A stretch of DNA of 64,000 bases from Isurus oxyrinchus (GCA_026770705.1 JANJGN010000189.1:744001-808000), one strand, 5' to 3'; counted from the first letter of the stretch, positions 35,790 through 48,758 are shown. Numbers and translations are program-made. Notes: generated by a model not told the origin, from the letters alone.

Positions 35790-38104
35790 TATTAATGGGT
35801 GGTTTTCCTCTGAACTGTATCTCAGAATAAATGATCCCCTGGAAAACAGTGACCATAACCTGGTACAATTCAGCATTCCCTCTGAGACTGAGAAACTTGG
35901 GTCGGAAACAACTGTGCTGGACTTAAATAAGTGTAATTACAAAGGAATAAGGACAGGGTTGTCTGGAGTGGACTGGGAAAGGGGTTTAGCAGAAAAGATG
36001 CTGGATGAACAATGGCAGATCTTTAAGAAAATATCTCATGACTCACAACAAAGATATATCCTGGTGAGGAAGAAGGATTGTAGGAAGAGAATAAACCAAC
36101 CTGGGTTACCCAAAGAAGTTAAGGCGTGTGTCAAATTGAAAGAGAAACCATGCAATATGGTTAGTGGTAAGCCAGAGGATTGGGAACGTTTTAAAAACCA
36201 ACAGAAGATGACCAAAAAATAAATAAAGAGGCAGAAAACTATGTAAACTAGCAAATTATAAAAAAAGGACAGTAAAAGCTTCTTTAAATATATAAAAAGG
36301 GAGAGAGAGACCAAAGTGAACATAGGCCCCTGAGAGAACTAGGCTGGGGAAATAATAATGAGGAGCCAGGAAATGACAGAGGAGTTGAATAAATACTTTG
36401 CATCAGTCTTCACGGTAGAACACACTAATAGCATTCCAAAAATACTAAATAATCAAGGGGCAAAAGGGGGGTGGGGGGAGGAAATAAATACAGTAACTAT
36501 CACTAGAGAATAATACTAGGGAAAGTCATGGGTCTCAAGGCTGATAGGTCCCCTGGACCTGATAGGTTGCATCTTAGGATATTAAAGGAAGTAGATGCAG
36601 AGATAGTGGATGCACTGGTTTTAATCTTCCAAGAATCCTTAGATTCTGGGAAACTCCCAGAGGATTGGAAATCTGCCAAAGTAACACCCATATTCAAAAA
36701 GGGAGGGAGACAACAAACAGGTAACTATAGGCCAGTTAGCTTAACATCTGTCATTGGGAACATGTTAGAGTCCATTATAAAGGATGTAATAGCAGACTAT
36801 TTAGAAATGCATAATTTAATCACACACAGGCTTCATGAAGGGGAAATCATGCATGACAAATTTATTAGAATTCCTTGAGGAGATAACAAACAGGATAGAT
36901 AAAGGGGAACCAGTAGATGTAATATATTTGGATTTCCAAAAGTTGTTCAGTAAATTACCACATATAAGGCTACTTAATAAGATAAGAGCCCATGGTGTTG
37001 GGGGCAGTATATTAGCATGGATAGAGGATCGACTAACTAAGAGAAGACAGAGATTTGAGATAAGGGGGGCATTTTCAGGATGTCAACCTGTGGAGTGCCA
37101 CAGGGATCAGTGCTGGGGCCACAATTATTTACAATATATATTAATGACTTGGATGAGGGAAATTAATGTACTTTCGCCAAGTTTGCGGATGACACAAAAA
37201 TAGATGGGAAGGCAAGTGGTGAGGGTGACACGAAGAGTCTACAGAGGGACATAGACAGGTTCAGTGAGTGGACATCAACTTGGCAGATGGAATATAATGT
37301 GGGAAAATGTGAGCTGCTGCACTGTGGCAGGATGTATAGAGGAGCTGAATATTATTTCAATGGAGAAAGACATTGGAAAGGTGAAGCATATTGGAATTTG
37401 GGGGTCATCAGAAAGATAACTTACAAGTTCAACAGTTAATAGGGAAGGCAGGTGGAATGTTGGCCTTTATTTCAAAGGGAATGGAGTATAAAAATAGGGA
37501 AGTCTTGCTAAAACTATACAAGGCACTAGTTAGACCACACCTAGAATACTGTGAGCAGTTTTGGTTCCCTTATCTAAGGAAAGATGTACTGGCATTGGAG
37601 GCAGTCCAGAGAAGGTTCACTAGGTTGATCCCAGTAATGGAGGGATTTTCATATGAGGAGAGGTTGAGTAGGATGGGCCTGTACTCATTGGAGTTTAGGA
37701 GAATGAGAGGTGACCTTATTGAAACATATAAGATTCTTAGGGTGCTTGACAGGGTAGATGCTGAGAGGTTGTTTCCCCTTGTGGGAGAGTCTAGGACCAG
37801 AGGGCATAATCTCAGAGTAAGGGGTCACCCATTTAAGACAGAGATGAGGAGTTTCTTCTCTCAGAGGGTAGTGAATGTGTGGAATTCTTTACTGCAGAGA
37901 GCTGCAGAGGCTGGGTCATTAATTATATTCAAGGCTGAGATACACAGTTTTTTAATCAGTCAGGGAATCAAAGGCTATGGGGAAGAGGCAGGAAAGTGGA
38001 GTTGAGGATTGTCAGATCAGCCATGGTGTCATTGAATGGCGGAGCAGAGTTGATTGGTCGAATGGCCTCCTTCTGCTCTGACGTCTTGTGGTCTTATGGT
38101 CTTA
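35790..38104 (+). mobile_element. CR1 LINE ORF2 (5'-truncated, frameshifted)
   Basis: SDHN, SPGPD, NYRPVSLTS, YLDFQK, KFADDTK, LVRPHLEYC and tail ttatggtcttat. Confidence 0.97.
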
Positions 38105-38105
38105 T

Positions 38106-38996
38106 CACCCTCCAACAGTGCAGATCTCCCTAATTACTGATCCTCCAACAGTGCAGCACTCCCTCAGTACTGACCCTCCGACAGTGCAGCACTCCCTCAG
38201 TACTGACCCTGCAACAGTGCAGCACTCTTCCAGCACTGACCCTCCGACAATGCAGCACTTCCTCAGTAATGACCCTCCGACAGAGCAGCACTCCCTCAGT
38301 ACTGAACATCTGACAGTGCAGCAATCTTCCAATCCTGACCCTCCGACAGTGCAGCATTCTTCCAGTACTGACCCTCCGACAGTGCAGCATTCCCTCAGTA
38401 CTGACCCTCCGACAGTGCATCACTCCCTCAGTACTGACCATCCAACAGTGCAGCACTCCTTCAGTACTGACCATCTGACAGTGCAGCACTCCCTCAGTAC
38501 TGACCATCCAACAGTGCTGCACTCCCTCAGTACTGACCCTCTGACAGTGCAGTACTCTCTCAGTACTGACCCTCTGACAGTGCAGCACTCCCTCAGTACT
38601 GACCCTCTGACAATGCAGCACTCTCTCAGTACTGATCCTCCGACATTGCAGCACTCCCTCAGTACTGACCATCCAACAGTGCAGCACTCCATCAGTACTG
38701 AACCTCCAACAGTGCAGCACTCCCTCAGTACTGACCATCCAACAGTGCAGCACTCCCTCAGTACTGACCATCCAACAGTGCAGCACTCCCTCAGTACTGA
38801 CCCTCCGACAGTGCCGCACTCCCTCAGTACTGACCATCCAACTGTGCAGCACTCCCTCAGTACTCATTCTCCGACAGTGAAGTACTCGCTCAATACTGAC
38901 TATGCGGCAGTGCAGCTTTCACAGTACCCACCCTCCAACAGTGCAGCACTCCCTCAGTACTGACCCTCTGACAGTACAGCACTCCCTCAGTACTGA
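38106..38996. repeat. 33-bp minisatellite (~27 units)
   Basis: Tandem units; source of the 291-aa spurious ORF. Confidence 0.95.
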
Positions 38997-39127
38997 GCTG
39001 TAGTGACTGCCTGAATTAAGTGCTTTGTGGTGAAGGAACCTACATTGATATCAGACCTTTCACATTCTCAGTGTCTCTCAAAGTGCTTCACAGACAATGT
39101 AAGTAACTGATCTTTATTTGTTTTCAG

Positions 39128-39409
39128 ACACACCACAGAATCTCTCAATTAATTCTCTTGATATGATTAACGTTTCATCGATCAATATAATTGAGGGGAA
39201 TTCTGCAGTGATAATCTGCTCTGTCGAGAGCTTCCCAGCTTCTAACCTGACGTGGCGACATCTTAATGTCCCAATGAACAGAACAAGTTCCAACAATGAT
39301 CTGTGGTTGGTGATTCCTCACGTTACATCCAGGGACACTGGAGACTATCAGTGTGTGGCAGAGAATGAACATGGAGCAGTGGAGGGGTTCATAACCATCA
39401 CTGTGGAAC
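39128..39409 (+). CDS. Gene B C2 exon, gene-A repeat type
   Basis: 282 nt open, near-identical to 16715-16996. Confidence 0.9.
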
Positions 39410-39888
39410 GTGAGTTACACAGACTTCAACAACTCTCTCAGATTTGAACACATATACATAAATGCACTTCCACACGCACTCACTGCACTGGAGTCTTGGT
39501 GTCAGCTCCAATTCTGGATGGAACGAAGGTAAACTCCAGATCAACAAGACCCTGAATTGGATGACCAAACTCCTGAACAGTGAATTGTAGATTTACCCCT
39601 CAGTGCTCCATCAATCAAATACAATTCATTGCCTGTAAAGGCTTGGCGAAATCCTGAGGATGTGAATGAAAGTTTCTTTCATTCTAGATTGATAGCACCT
39701 CAACTGGTGGGGGAATGCAACTGCAGTGTGACAGTTTACATAGGCAGTGTCCATTATAAATGTGACAGAGGAACTTATGCTGAGGAAGGTGCCTGGAATT
39801 GTATTCAGACATCAGATACGGAGAGATGATACATGGAGTCTTGATGTGCATTGTGCTTGCTCACTCTAAAATCTTTATATGTTTTTAG

Positions 39889-40170
39889 ATGCTCCACAGA
39901 ACCTCTCAATTACTTCTCTTGATATGATTAACGCTTCATCGATCAATATAATTGAGGGGAATTCTACAGTGATAATCTGCTCTGTCGAGAGCTTCCCAGC
40001 TTCTAACCTGACGTGGCGACATCTTAATGTCCCAATGAACAGAACAAGTTCCAACAATGAGCTGTGGTTGGTGATTCCTCACGTTACATCCAGGGACACT
40101 GGAGACTATCAGTGTGTGGCAGAGAATGAACATGGAGCAGTGGAGGGATTCATAACCATCACTGTGGAAC
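39889..40170 (+). CDS. Gene B C2 exon, gene-A repeat type
   Basis: 282 nt open, AG/GT intact. Confidence 0.9.
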
Positions 40171-40204
40171 GTGAGTTACACAGAATTCTACATTCTCTTG
40201 TTAT

Positions 40205-41225
40205 TAGCTCATGGGACGTGGGCATTGTTGACAAGGCCAGAAATTATTGCCCATCTGTAACTGCCCCTTGAGAAGGTGGTGGTGAGCTGCCTTCTTTAAC
40301 CACTGCAGTCCATGTGGTGTAGGCACACCAACAGTGCTGTTAGGGAGGGAGTTCCAGGATTTTGACCCAACGACGGTGAAGGAACGGCCGATATAGTTCC
40401 AAGTCCCAGGGCAGACCACCACCTCATGTTGATTTCCAAGTCACACACCTCACTGACTTGGAACTGTCTTGGTGGAAGAGGTTAAGGGTTTGGAAGGTGC
40501 AGTCGAAGAAGCTTTGGTGAGTTGCTGCAGTGCATCTTGTAGATGGTGCATACACTGCTGCCATTGTGTGCCAGTGGTGGAGGGTATGAATGTTTATGCT
40601 GGTGGATGGGCTGTCGATCAAACAAGCTGCTCCTGGATGGTGTCGAGCTTCTTGAGTGTTGTTGGAGCTGCACTCATCCAGCCAAGTGGAGATTATTCCA
40701 TCACAATCCTGACTTGTGCCTTGTCGATGGTGGACAGGCTTTGGAGAGTCAGGAGGTGAGTTACTCACCGCAGAGTTCCCAGCCTCTTACCCGTTCTTGT
40801 AACCACATTATTTCCTGTTGCCGGGTTGTTGCCAGGGCCAATAGCCTTTGCTGTATCCAGTATCATCAGCTGATTCCTGATGTCACGTGGAGTCAATCGA
40901 ATTGTCTGAAAGCTGACATCTGTGATGCTGGGACCCTCTGGAGGAGGCCGAGATGGAGCATCCACTCAGCACTTCTGGCTGAACATGGTTGCCAATGCTT
41001 CAGCCTTGTCGTTTGCACTGATGTGCTGAGCTCCCCCATCATTAAGGATGGGGATATTTGTGGAACATCCTCCTCCTGTTAGATCTTTAATTGTCCATCA
41101 CCATTCATGACTGGATGTGGCAGGACTGCAGAGCTTAGATCTGACCCGTTGGTTGTGGGATCGCTTTGCTCTGTCTATAGCATGTTGTTTCCGTTGTTTG
41201 GTGTGTATGTAGTCCTGTGTGTCAC
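40205..41225 (-). mobile_element. CR1-type LINE fragments
   Basis: Same family as 1150-1601 and 56300-58260. Confidence 0.85.
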
Positions 41226-41436
41226 CTCAGCAGCTTGACACCCCTGTTATATGTGAATCCTCCTTATAGAAACCTGCATGTACATGGATATTATCAATAA
41301 ATATTACATAGATAAATGTTATTTGTATAGACCTTTCATGCATAGACAATATCACTTCACAAGTTCAGAATTACTACATGTACATAGGGAACCATTCTCA
41401 AACTGTACCGGAGTCATTCATTGGCTGATTTTACAG

Positions 41437-41533
41437 GGCGAGATTCCAATGAATGGAAAGCAGGATTGCTTGGAGCTGGAATCTGTTTGAGTGTTGGACT
41501 GAGTGGATTCTTCATCTTCAAGTGTGTGAGAAA
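41437..41533 (+). CDS. Gene B transmembrane exon (phase 1 to 2)
   Basis: ttttacag| ... aa|gtaagt; RRDSNEWK-AGLLGAGICLSVGLSGFFIF-KCVR: 20-aa uncharged span followed by basic residues. Confidence 0.85.
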
Positions 41534-41984
41534 GTAAGTGTGAAGGTTTAATTGGTTGTTTTCAAAAATGTTTTCTTCAACCTTCTCTCCTTATAGAAAG
41601 AACTTGCATTTCTATAGCACCTTTTACAATCCAAAACCCTTCACAGCCCCTGAAGAGTTTTGATGTTCACCTACTGTTTAACATCTCATCCAACACTCAC
41701 TGTTTCACAACTCAGTCCTGTAACTGGCAGGGTTGACCCGGACCATAAGATACCTTGTGACCTCCTGAGTTTGTGAAAGGTGCGATATAAATGAAAACCT
41801 TTCTTTTGTTAGTGAATACAATCTCTTTCCTTTTTCCATGTTTCATTCACTCTCTCTTACCTCCACTAATGCTCTCCTTCTCATTCTCTCTCTCATTCAC
41901 TCTCTCTCCAATCTCCACTAATGCTCTCCTTCTCATTCTTTCTCTCGTCCTCTTACACGTTGTTCAGTCTCTCACATTTTTAAG

Positions 41985-42045
41985 GAGCGCTGAGCTACAT
42001 CTGCTCCTTCAGAAGATCCACCTCAACACCTGGATTGAGCAGTGA
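41985..42045 (+). CDS. Candidate short terminal exon KSAELHLLLQKIHLNTWIEQ*
   Basis: Long pyrimidine tract then tttttaag|; open in phase 2; no homology support. Confidence 0.3.
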
Positions 42046-42169
42046 ATTGAAACTCGCTCAACGACTGCTCAGCTTTACACAGGAATCACGTCACAGAGTC
42101 AGGACACAAAGGGTTAACAGTTTGTTAACAACACAACACTAAGGCCCTACGTTTCAATGAAAGGGTTTT

Positions 42170-42487
42170 CACAATTGTTCCCCAATTCCTGATTTGACTC
42201 ACAGAGACACATCAACCCTTTCTAATTAAACACACAGAGGGAGCAGCACAGGAAGAGGTCATTCAGCCCAAGCAGAGCGTGTGGGCAGTTCCTCCCCAGG
42301 CGAGCAGTCGGACAGGTACTGGGTAAGTAACGGAACGATTGGAATTCACTTCCACCACCAACACCGTCCTTTGTTGATGTTGTGACTTTATAAAGACAGA
42401 TTCCAATGATTGATGCCTTTGAAAGATTTCTACTGATTATTGAGATCTGGGTGTGAGGCTCAAGTCTGTTGTACAGAACATCTTTCT
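42170..42487 (+). promoter_or_regulatory. Orphan copy of gene A promoter/exon 1 (exon ends 42322)
   Basis: Near-identical to 6820-7137. Confidence 0.7.
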
Positions 42488-42833
42488 GGTTAAATTATGC
42501 AGACAGGTTACACACAGTCTACGATTATATTCACTCGGGTCTAGAAGATTTAGGAGGGATCTAATTGAGGGGTTCAAACTGATTAAACACTCGATAGGGT
42601 CGATAGAGAGAAGCTATTCCCTCGGGTGGGGGTGGGTGGTGGGGGTCGGGTGGAGTCCAGAACAAGGGGGCTGGAACTTCAGATTGGAGCCAGGCCGTTC
42701 AGGGGTGATGTCAGGAAGCACTTCTTCACACAAAGGGGAGTGGAAATCTGGAACTCTCTCCCCAATAATCAAACCCAACACCGAATACACATCATGTTGA
42801 TTGTCATTCTGTCCATTTACATCTCTATTTCGG

Positions 42834-42920
42834 AAGAGAGGTGAGGGGAAAGCAGGAATCAAATCGAACCACCGTGTTGATGAATATCGAGGTCATGTTT
42901 ATGAAAACTGTGAGCGTGGT
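42834..42920 (+). pseudogene. Degenerate cytoplasmic exon KRGEGKAGIKSNHRVDEYRGHVYENCE
   Basis: Aligns with the 44724 exon (KSN...YxNC); acceptor cag>cgg; 3' end runs into LINE sequence. Confidence 0.55.
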
Positions 42921-43073
42921 TGGGCTTTGAGGAATCAGGTGAGTCACACACCACAGGATCCCCAGCCTCTCAGCTGCTCCAGTAGCCTGGTTATTGATAT
43001 GGCTGCTCCAGTCCTGTATCTGCAATGTTTTATACAGTCACTCCCAAACCCAACCAAACTCACACCCAACACC

Positions 43074-44625
43074 ATTCAGAATCAATAATCAAACCCCGAT
43101 CAGAATCAATAATCAAACCCCGTTCAGAATCAATAATCAAACCCCGTTCAGAATCAATAATCACACCCCGTTCAGAATCAATAATCAAACCCCGTTCAGT
43201 ATCAATAACCAAACTCCGTTCAGTAACAATAATAAAACCCGTTCAGAATCAATAATCAAACCCCGATCAGTATCAATAATCAAACCCCGTTCAGAATTAA
43301 TAATCAAACCCCTTTCAGAATCAATAATCAATCCCCGTTCAGTATCAATAAACAAACCCCGTTCAGTATCAATAATCAAACCCTGTTCAGAATTAATAAT
43401 CAAACCCCTTTCAGAATCAATAATCAATCCCCGTTCAGTATCAATAAACAAACCCAGTTCAGAATTAATAATCAAACCCCGTTCAGAATCAATAATCAAA
43501 CCGCGTACAGAATCAATAATCAATCCCCGTTCAGTATACATAATCAAACCCCGTTCAGTATCAATAAACCAACCCCGTTTAGTATCAATAATCAAACCCC
43601 TTTCAGAATCAATAATCAATCCCCGTTCAGTATCAATAAACAAACCCCGTTCAGAATTAATAATCAAACCCCGCTCAGTATCAATAATCAAACCGCGTTC
43701 AGAATCAATAATCAAACCCCGTTCAGTATACATAATCAAACCCCGTTCAGTATCAATAATCCAACCCCGTTTAGTATCAATAATCAAACCCCATTCAGAA
43801 TCAATAATCAAACCCCTTTCAGAATCAATAATCAAAACCCAGTTCAGAATCAAGAATCAAACACCGTTCAGTATCAATAATCAAACCCCGTTCAGAATCA
43901 ATAATCAAACACTGTTCAGAATCAATAATCAAACCCCATTCAGTATCAATAATCAAACTCCGTTCAGGATCAATAATCAAACACCGTTCAGAATCAATAA
44001 TCAAACCCCGTTCAATATCAATAATCAAACCCCGTTCAATATCAATAATCTAACTTCGTTCAGGATCAATAATCAAACCCCGTTCAGATTCAATAATCAA
44101 AACCCTTTCAGAATCAATAATCAAACCCCATTCAGTATCAATAATCAAACCCCGTTCAGTATCAATAATCAAACCCTGTTCAGAATTAAAAATCAAACCT
44201 GTTCAGTATCAATAATCTAATCCCGTTCAGAATCAATAATCAAACCCCGTTCAGAATTAAAAATCAAACCCCGTTCAGTATCAATAATCTAACCCCGTTC
44301 AGTATTAAAAATCAAACCCCGTTCAGTATCAATAATCTAACCCCGTTCAGTATCAATAATCAAACCCCATTCAGTATCAATAATCAAACCCCGTTCAGAA
44401 TCAATAATCAAACCCTGTTCAGTATCAATAATCAAACTACGTTCAGGATCAATAATCAAACTCCGTTCAGATTCAATAATCAAAACCCATTCAGAATAAA
44501 TAATCAAACCCTTTTCATTATCAATAATCAAACCCCGTTCAGAATTAAAAATCAAACCCCGTTCAGAATCAATAATCAAACATCGTTCAGGATCAATAAT
44601 CAAACCCCGTTCAGTATCAATAATT
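43074..44625. repeat. 24-bp satellite (tcagaatcaataatcaaaccccgt)n, ~64 units
   Basis: Direct tandem units; 8-aa periodic ORFs. Confidence 0.97.
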
Positions 44626-44723
44626 AACGTATCTATTGTGGATGGAATTTTTTGATTTGGATCAATGATACTAAACACTGATCACTCTGATTTTCACTCT
44701 GATCATTTCTGTTTCTATTACAG

Positions 44724-44840
44724 AAGAAAGATGAGAAGGATCTGGAAATGAAATCTAACCGCGGAGTCAATCCTGATACAGATGATGATCTTTACGCAAA
44801 CTGTGATTTTGCCAAGGATTCTGTTTATGGGAATTTATAA
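44724..44840 (+). CDS. Terminal cytoplasmic exon KKDEKDLEMKSNRGVNPDTDDDLYANCDFAKDSVYGNL*
   Basis: ctattacag| acceptor; phase-0 frame has acidic DLYANC and ITIM-like SVYGNL. Confidence 0.7.
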   Translation, partial: KKDEKDLEMKSNRGVNPDTDDDLYANCDFAKDSVYGNL

Positions 44841-45947
44841 ACTGAGCAAGAATGAGACACACACAGTGTGGGGAGAATACAGAACGGGAGAATCATTCAA
44901 AACTCCAATTTACCTTCCTAATATCCACAGGAACTCACTCCCAGGAAATAGATTTAAACCTCTTGTTACAATCTGATGGAATTTCTTCGGAATGATCTAT
45001 CCAGGATGATTGTCTGTGGGTTTCAATTTGAACATCCTCCTTCAGAATTGTCCCTCACTGTTGGAAACATCCTTCTCTCCATTCTGATTGTAAATATCTT
45101 TAGATATCGTTCGATGATGTACCAGGACATAACGGACAAATTCAATCCCGTGTCCGTGATTATGAGTTAATTTTCATTCTGTTATTCACCTTCCTGTCTG
45201 TCAGTATTTACAGAATATTCATCAGCCAGTGTAGACTTCAGGAAATGCAGGATCGGTGGATAATTGGAGCAGAGGAGATTGGCAAAATTTACTCAGCATT
45301 TTGTAGTCAAATGTATTTTCAGATATATATTTGGATTTTACACTTCATCGTTAAACAGCGAAACGAACAAGAATCTGGGAAACAGGGAAACAATTTGATT
45401 GGAGAGTTGAGAAATTCTCTGCAGCTTAGAGGATAACAGATGTGCTACAGTGCCACCACTGGTGGGAGGACATCATTTCAGCGTGACATGTTTACATTGA
45501 TGTTGCCAATGAACATTGGAAACTATGATGTGAAAAATTGGTTGCAGGTTTATCTTCTTCAATATGTCATTGGATGGATGAGACAGCTTTGATAACAGAA
45601 TGAGATAGAGCTGCAATAAACCACCATTTTAGTCCTTCACACTTGGAGAGTACAATTAGCATCCATCCTGATGGTGAGTGGATGGGTGGACTTTGCGATG
45701 TGTTACAGATTACAGAGACCAACATCCTCGATCCTGTTTCCGCTCTGTGTTTGATGAGATACTTGATTCAAAGATTGGGAAAATAAATAATCCTCCTGCA
45801 TTGATCTGTAACTGGTCATTTCCTCTATCAATGCCCTGAGGATAGATTTGGGTTCGCGGTCCAAAATCAGGCACATGCTTTGACTGCCCATTGAATCGGA
45901 ACAGGAGGAGGCCCCCTTGAGCGTGCTACACAGGAACAAGAGAGCAC

Positions 45948-46162
45948 CTGAAATAAAAACAGAAAATGCTGGAGAAACTGAGTAGGTCTGGCAGCATCTG
46001 TGCAGAGATAAACAGAATAAACATTTCGAGTCCGTATGACCCTTCTTCAGAGTCTCAAAGCAAAAACTCTGTTTCTCTCTCCACAGCTGCTGCCAGACCT
46101 GCTGAGTTAATGCAGCATTTTCTGTGTTTATTTCAGATTTACAGCATCTGCAGTATTTATTT
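45948..46162. mobile_element. Inverted pair of Penelope-like terminal repeats
   Basis: 45948-46055 on minus (degenerate hammerhead core) and 46065-46162 on plus. Confidence 0.7.
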
Positions 46163-46174
46163 TTAATGAGAGGA

Positions 46175-47860
46175 GGACATTCAGCTCCTCGAGCCTGTTA
46201 CACAGGAACAGGAGGAGGCCCATTCTGTTCCCTTAAGCCTGTTACACAGGAACAGGAGGAGGCCCATTCTGTCCCCTTGAACCTGTTACACAGGAACAGG
46301 AGGAGGCCTATTCACCCTTCTCGAGCCTGTTACACAGGAACAGGAGGAGGCCCATTCACCCTCCTCGAGTCTTTTACAGAGGAACAGGAGGAGGCCCATT
46401 CTGTCCCCTTGAACGTGTTACACAGGAACAGGAGGAGGCCCATTCACCCTCCTCGAGCCTGTTACACAGGAACAGGAGGAGGCCCATTCTGTCCCCTTGA
46501 GCCTGTTACACAGGTACAGGAGACCCATTCAGCCTCCACAAGCTTGTTACACAGGAACATTAGGGGCTCCATTCAGCCACTCAAGCCTGTTCCACATGAA
46601 CGGGAACAAAAACAAAAATAGCTGGAAAAACTCAGCAGGTCTGACAGGATCTGCGGAGAGGAACACACTTGATGTTTTGGGTCTGTAAGACTCTTCATCA
46701 GAACTAAGGGAATCGAGAAATGAGGTGACGTTTTAGCTGGTAGAGGGGGGTGGGGCAGGTAGAGCTGGATTGTGGGCCAGTGATAGGTGGAGGTAAAGAA
46801 GAGGTTGCCAAAGATGTGATAGACAAAAGGACAAAGGGGTGTTGACGGTGGTGATATTATCTGAGGAATGTGCTAATGGGGACATTAAGGGTAGAAAGCA
46901 GGACGAGCAAGAGACAGATAGTCCTAGTGGGGGTGGGGTGGGGGAAAGGATTGAAATAGGCTAAAAGGTAGAGATACAACAACAGATGTAAAACATTTAA
47001 AAATAATGGAAATAGGTGGGAAAAGAAAAATATATGATTAAAAAAAATATTAAAAATGATAAATTAATGGAAAAGGGAGATTGGAAAGGGGGTGGGGATG
47101 GAGGAGACAGTTCATGATCTGAAATTGTTGAACTCAATATTCAGTCGGGAAGGCTGTAAAGTGCCAGGTCGGAAGATGAGGTGCTGTTCCTCCAGTTTGT
47201 GTTGGGCTTCACTGGAACAATGCAGCAGGCCAAGGACGGACATGTGGGCATGAGAGCAGGGTGGGGTGTTAAAATGGCAAGCGACAGGGAAGTCTGGGTC
47301 ATGCTTGTGGACAGACCGGAGGTGTTCATCAGAGCGATCACCCAGTCTGTGTTTGGTCTGTCCCATGTAGAGGAGACCACATTGGGAGCAGTGAATGCAG
47401 TAGATTAAATTGAGGGAAGTGCAAGTGAAATGCTGCTTCCAATGATGCTCCTAATGTACTCGAGCCTGGTACACAGGAACTGGGGATGGCCAATTCAGCC
47501 CCTTTAGCCTTTTACACAGGAACAGGAGGAGGCCCACTCAGCCCCATGAGCCTGGTACACAGTGAGAGAAGGAGGCCATTCAGCCCCCATGAGCCTGTTA
47601 CACAGGAACAGGAGGAGGCCCATTCAGCCCCTCGAGCCTGTTACACAGAAACAGGAGGAGGCCCATTCAGCCCCTCGAGCCTTTTACACAGGAACAGGAG
47701 GAGACCCATTGTGCCCCATGAGCCTGTTACACAGAAACAGGAGGAGGCCCATTCAGCCCCTCGAGCCTGTTACACAGGAACAGGAGGAGGCCTATTCACC
47801 CTCCTCGTGCCTGTTACACAGGAACAGGAGGAGGCCCAGTCAACCCCTCGAGCTTGTTGC
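46175..47860. repeat. ~43-bp minisatellite resembling the antisense CR1 3' tail, split by a Penelope insertion
   Basis: gagcctgttacacaggaacaggaggaggcccattcagcccctc units at 46175-46600 and 47455-47860. Confidence 0.9.
46606..47441 (-). mobile_element. Penelope-like retroelement 3' part (GIY-YIG endonuclease + terminal repeat)
   Basis: NLIYCIHCSQCGLLYMGQTKHRLGDR..EH..PVACHFN..LEEQHLIF..LQP..LN. Confidence 0.9.
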
Positions 47861-47949
47861 ATGTGAACAGTCAATGGCCCTTCAAAAACATTCTTGGCAC
47901 GCAAAGGGTTAACAGTTTTCTAACAGTGCGAGGCAAAGAGCATCTTTTT

Positions 47950-48180
47950 CACTTGGTACCAAGCACTTCCTCATTTTGACTCACAGTGACACATCCACCC
48001 TTTTTAATTAAACACAAATAGGGAGCAGCACAGGAAGAGGTCATTCAGCCCAAGCAGAGCGTGTGGGCAGTTCCTCCCCAGGCGAGCAGTCGGACAGGTC
48101 CGGGGTAAGTAACGGAATGATTGGAAATCACGGGGGGAGTTCTGAGGGCTCCTAATCCATTGTCCTGTCTTGTAAATCAG
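47950..48180 (+). pseudogene. Third promoter/exon-1 copy fused to intron sequence matching 10286-10335
   Basis: Exon ends 48104; the leader exon region is deleted. Confidence 0.65.
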
Positions 48181-48599
48181 CACCTTAATACTGACCCTTC
48201 AACAGTGCGGCACTCCCTCAGTACTGATCCTCCAACATTGCAGCACTCCCTGATTAATGTCCCTCTGACAGTGCAGCACTCCCTCAGTACTCACCCTCAA
48301 ACAGTGGAGATCTCCCTCAGTACTGACCTTACAATAGTGCAGTAATGACCATCCGACAGTGCAGCACTCCCTCAGGACTGACACTGGGCAGTTTCAGTCT
48401 ACTCTGTGGGGCAGACGTCCCCTGAATGGGGTCTTGAATCCCACAACATTCTGACCCCCTGAATTTGGCTGTGAAACCCACTAACCCACAGGAGAAACTC
48501 CTGGTCAATGACTGTCCACCTGTGAGCAGAAATATCACCACAGGGTCAGGACACAAAGGGTTAACAGTTCACCAACATCTCAAAACATGAGCTGGTCTG

Positions 48600-48758
48600 T
48601 CACTTTGATCCAACTTCCTCATTTTGACTCACAGAGACACATCAACCCTTTCTCATTAAATACACAGAGGGAGCAGCACAGGAAGAGGTCATTCAGCCCA
48701 AGCAGAGCGTGTGGGCAGTTCCTCCCCAGGCGAGCAGTCGGACAGGTCCTGGGTAAGT
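48600..48758 (+). promoter_or_regulatory. Gene C promoter/non-coding exon 1 (ends 48752)
   Basis: Near-identical to 6820-6977. Confidence 0.65.

Noticed and set aside
38088-38963. Periodic STDPPTVQHSL / STEGVLHCRRV ORFs resembling zinc-finger or repeat proteins (also 28.5, 31.3, 54.3, 61.3 kb)
   Set aside because: Read-through of the 33-bp minisatellite in several frames
30043-41533. Calling gene B the true MAG ortholog
   Set aside because: Only motif-level similarity in V; lacks the essential Arg and downstream domains and TM do not resemble the highly conserved MAG
42994-44220. 408-aa ORF, the longest in the track
   Set aside because: Translation of the 24-bp satellite; no splice or domain support
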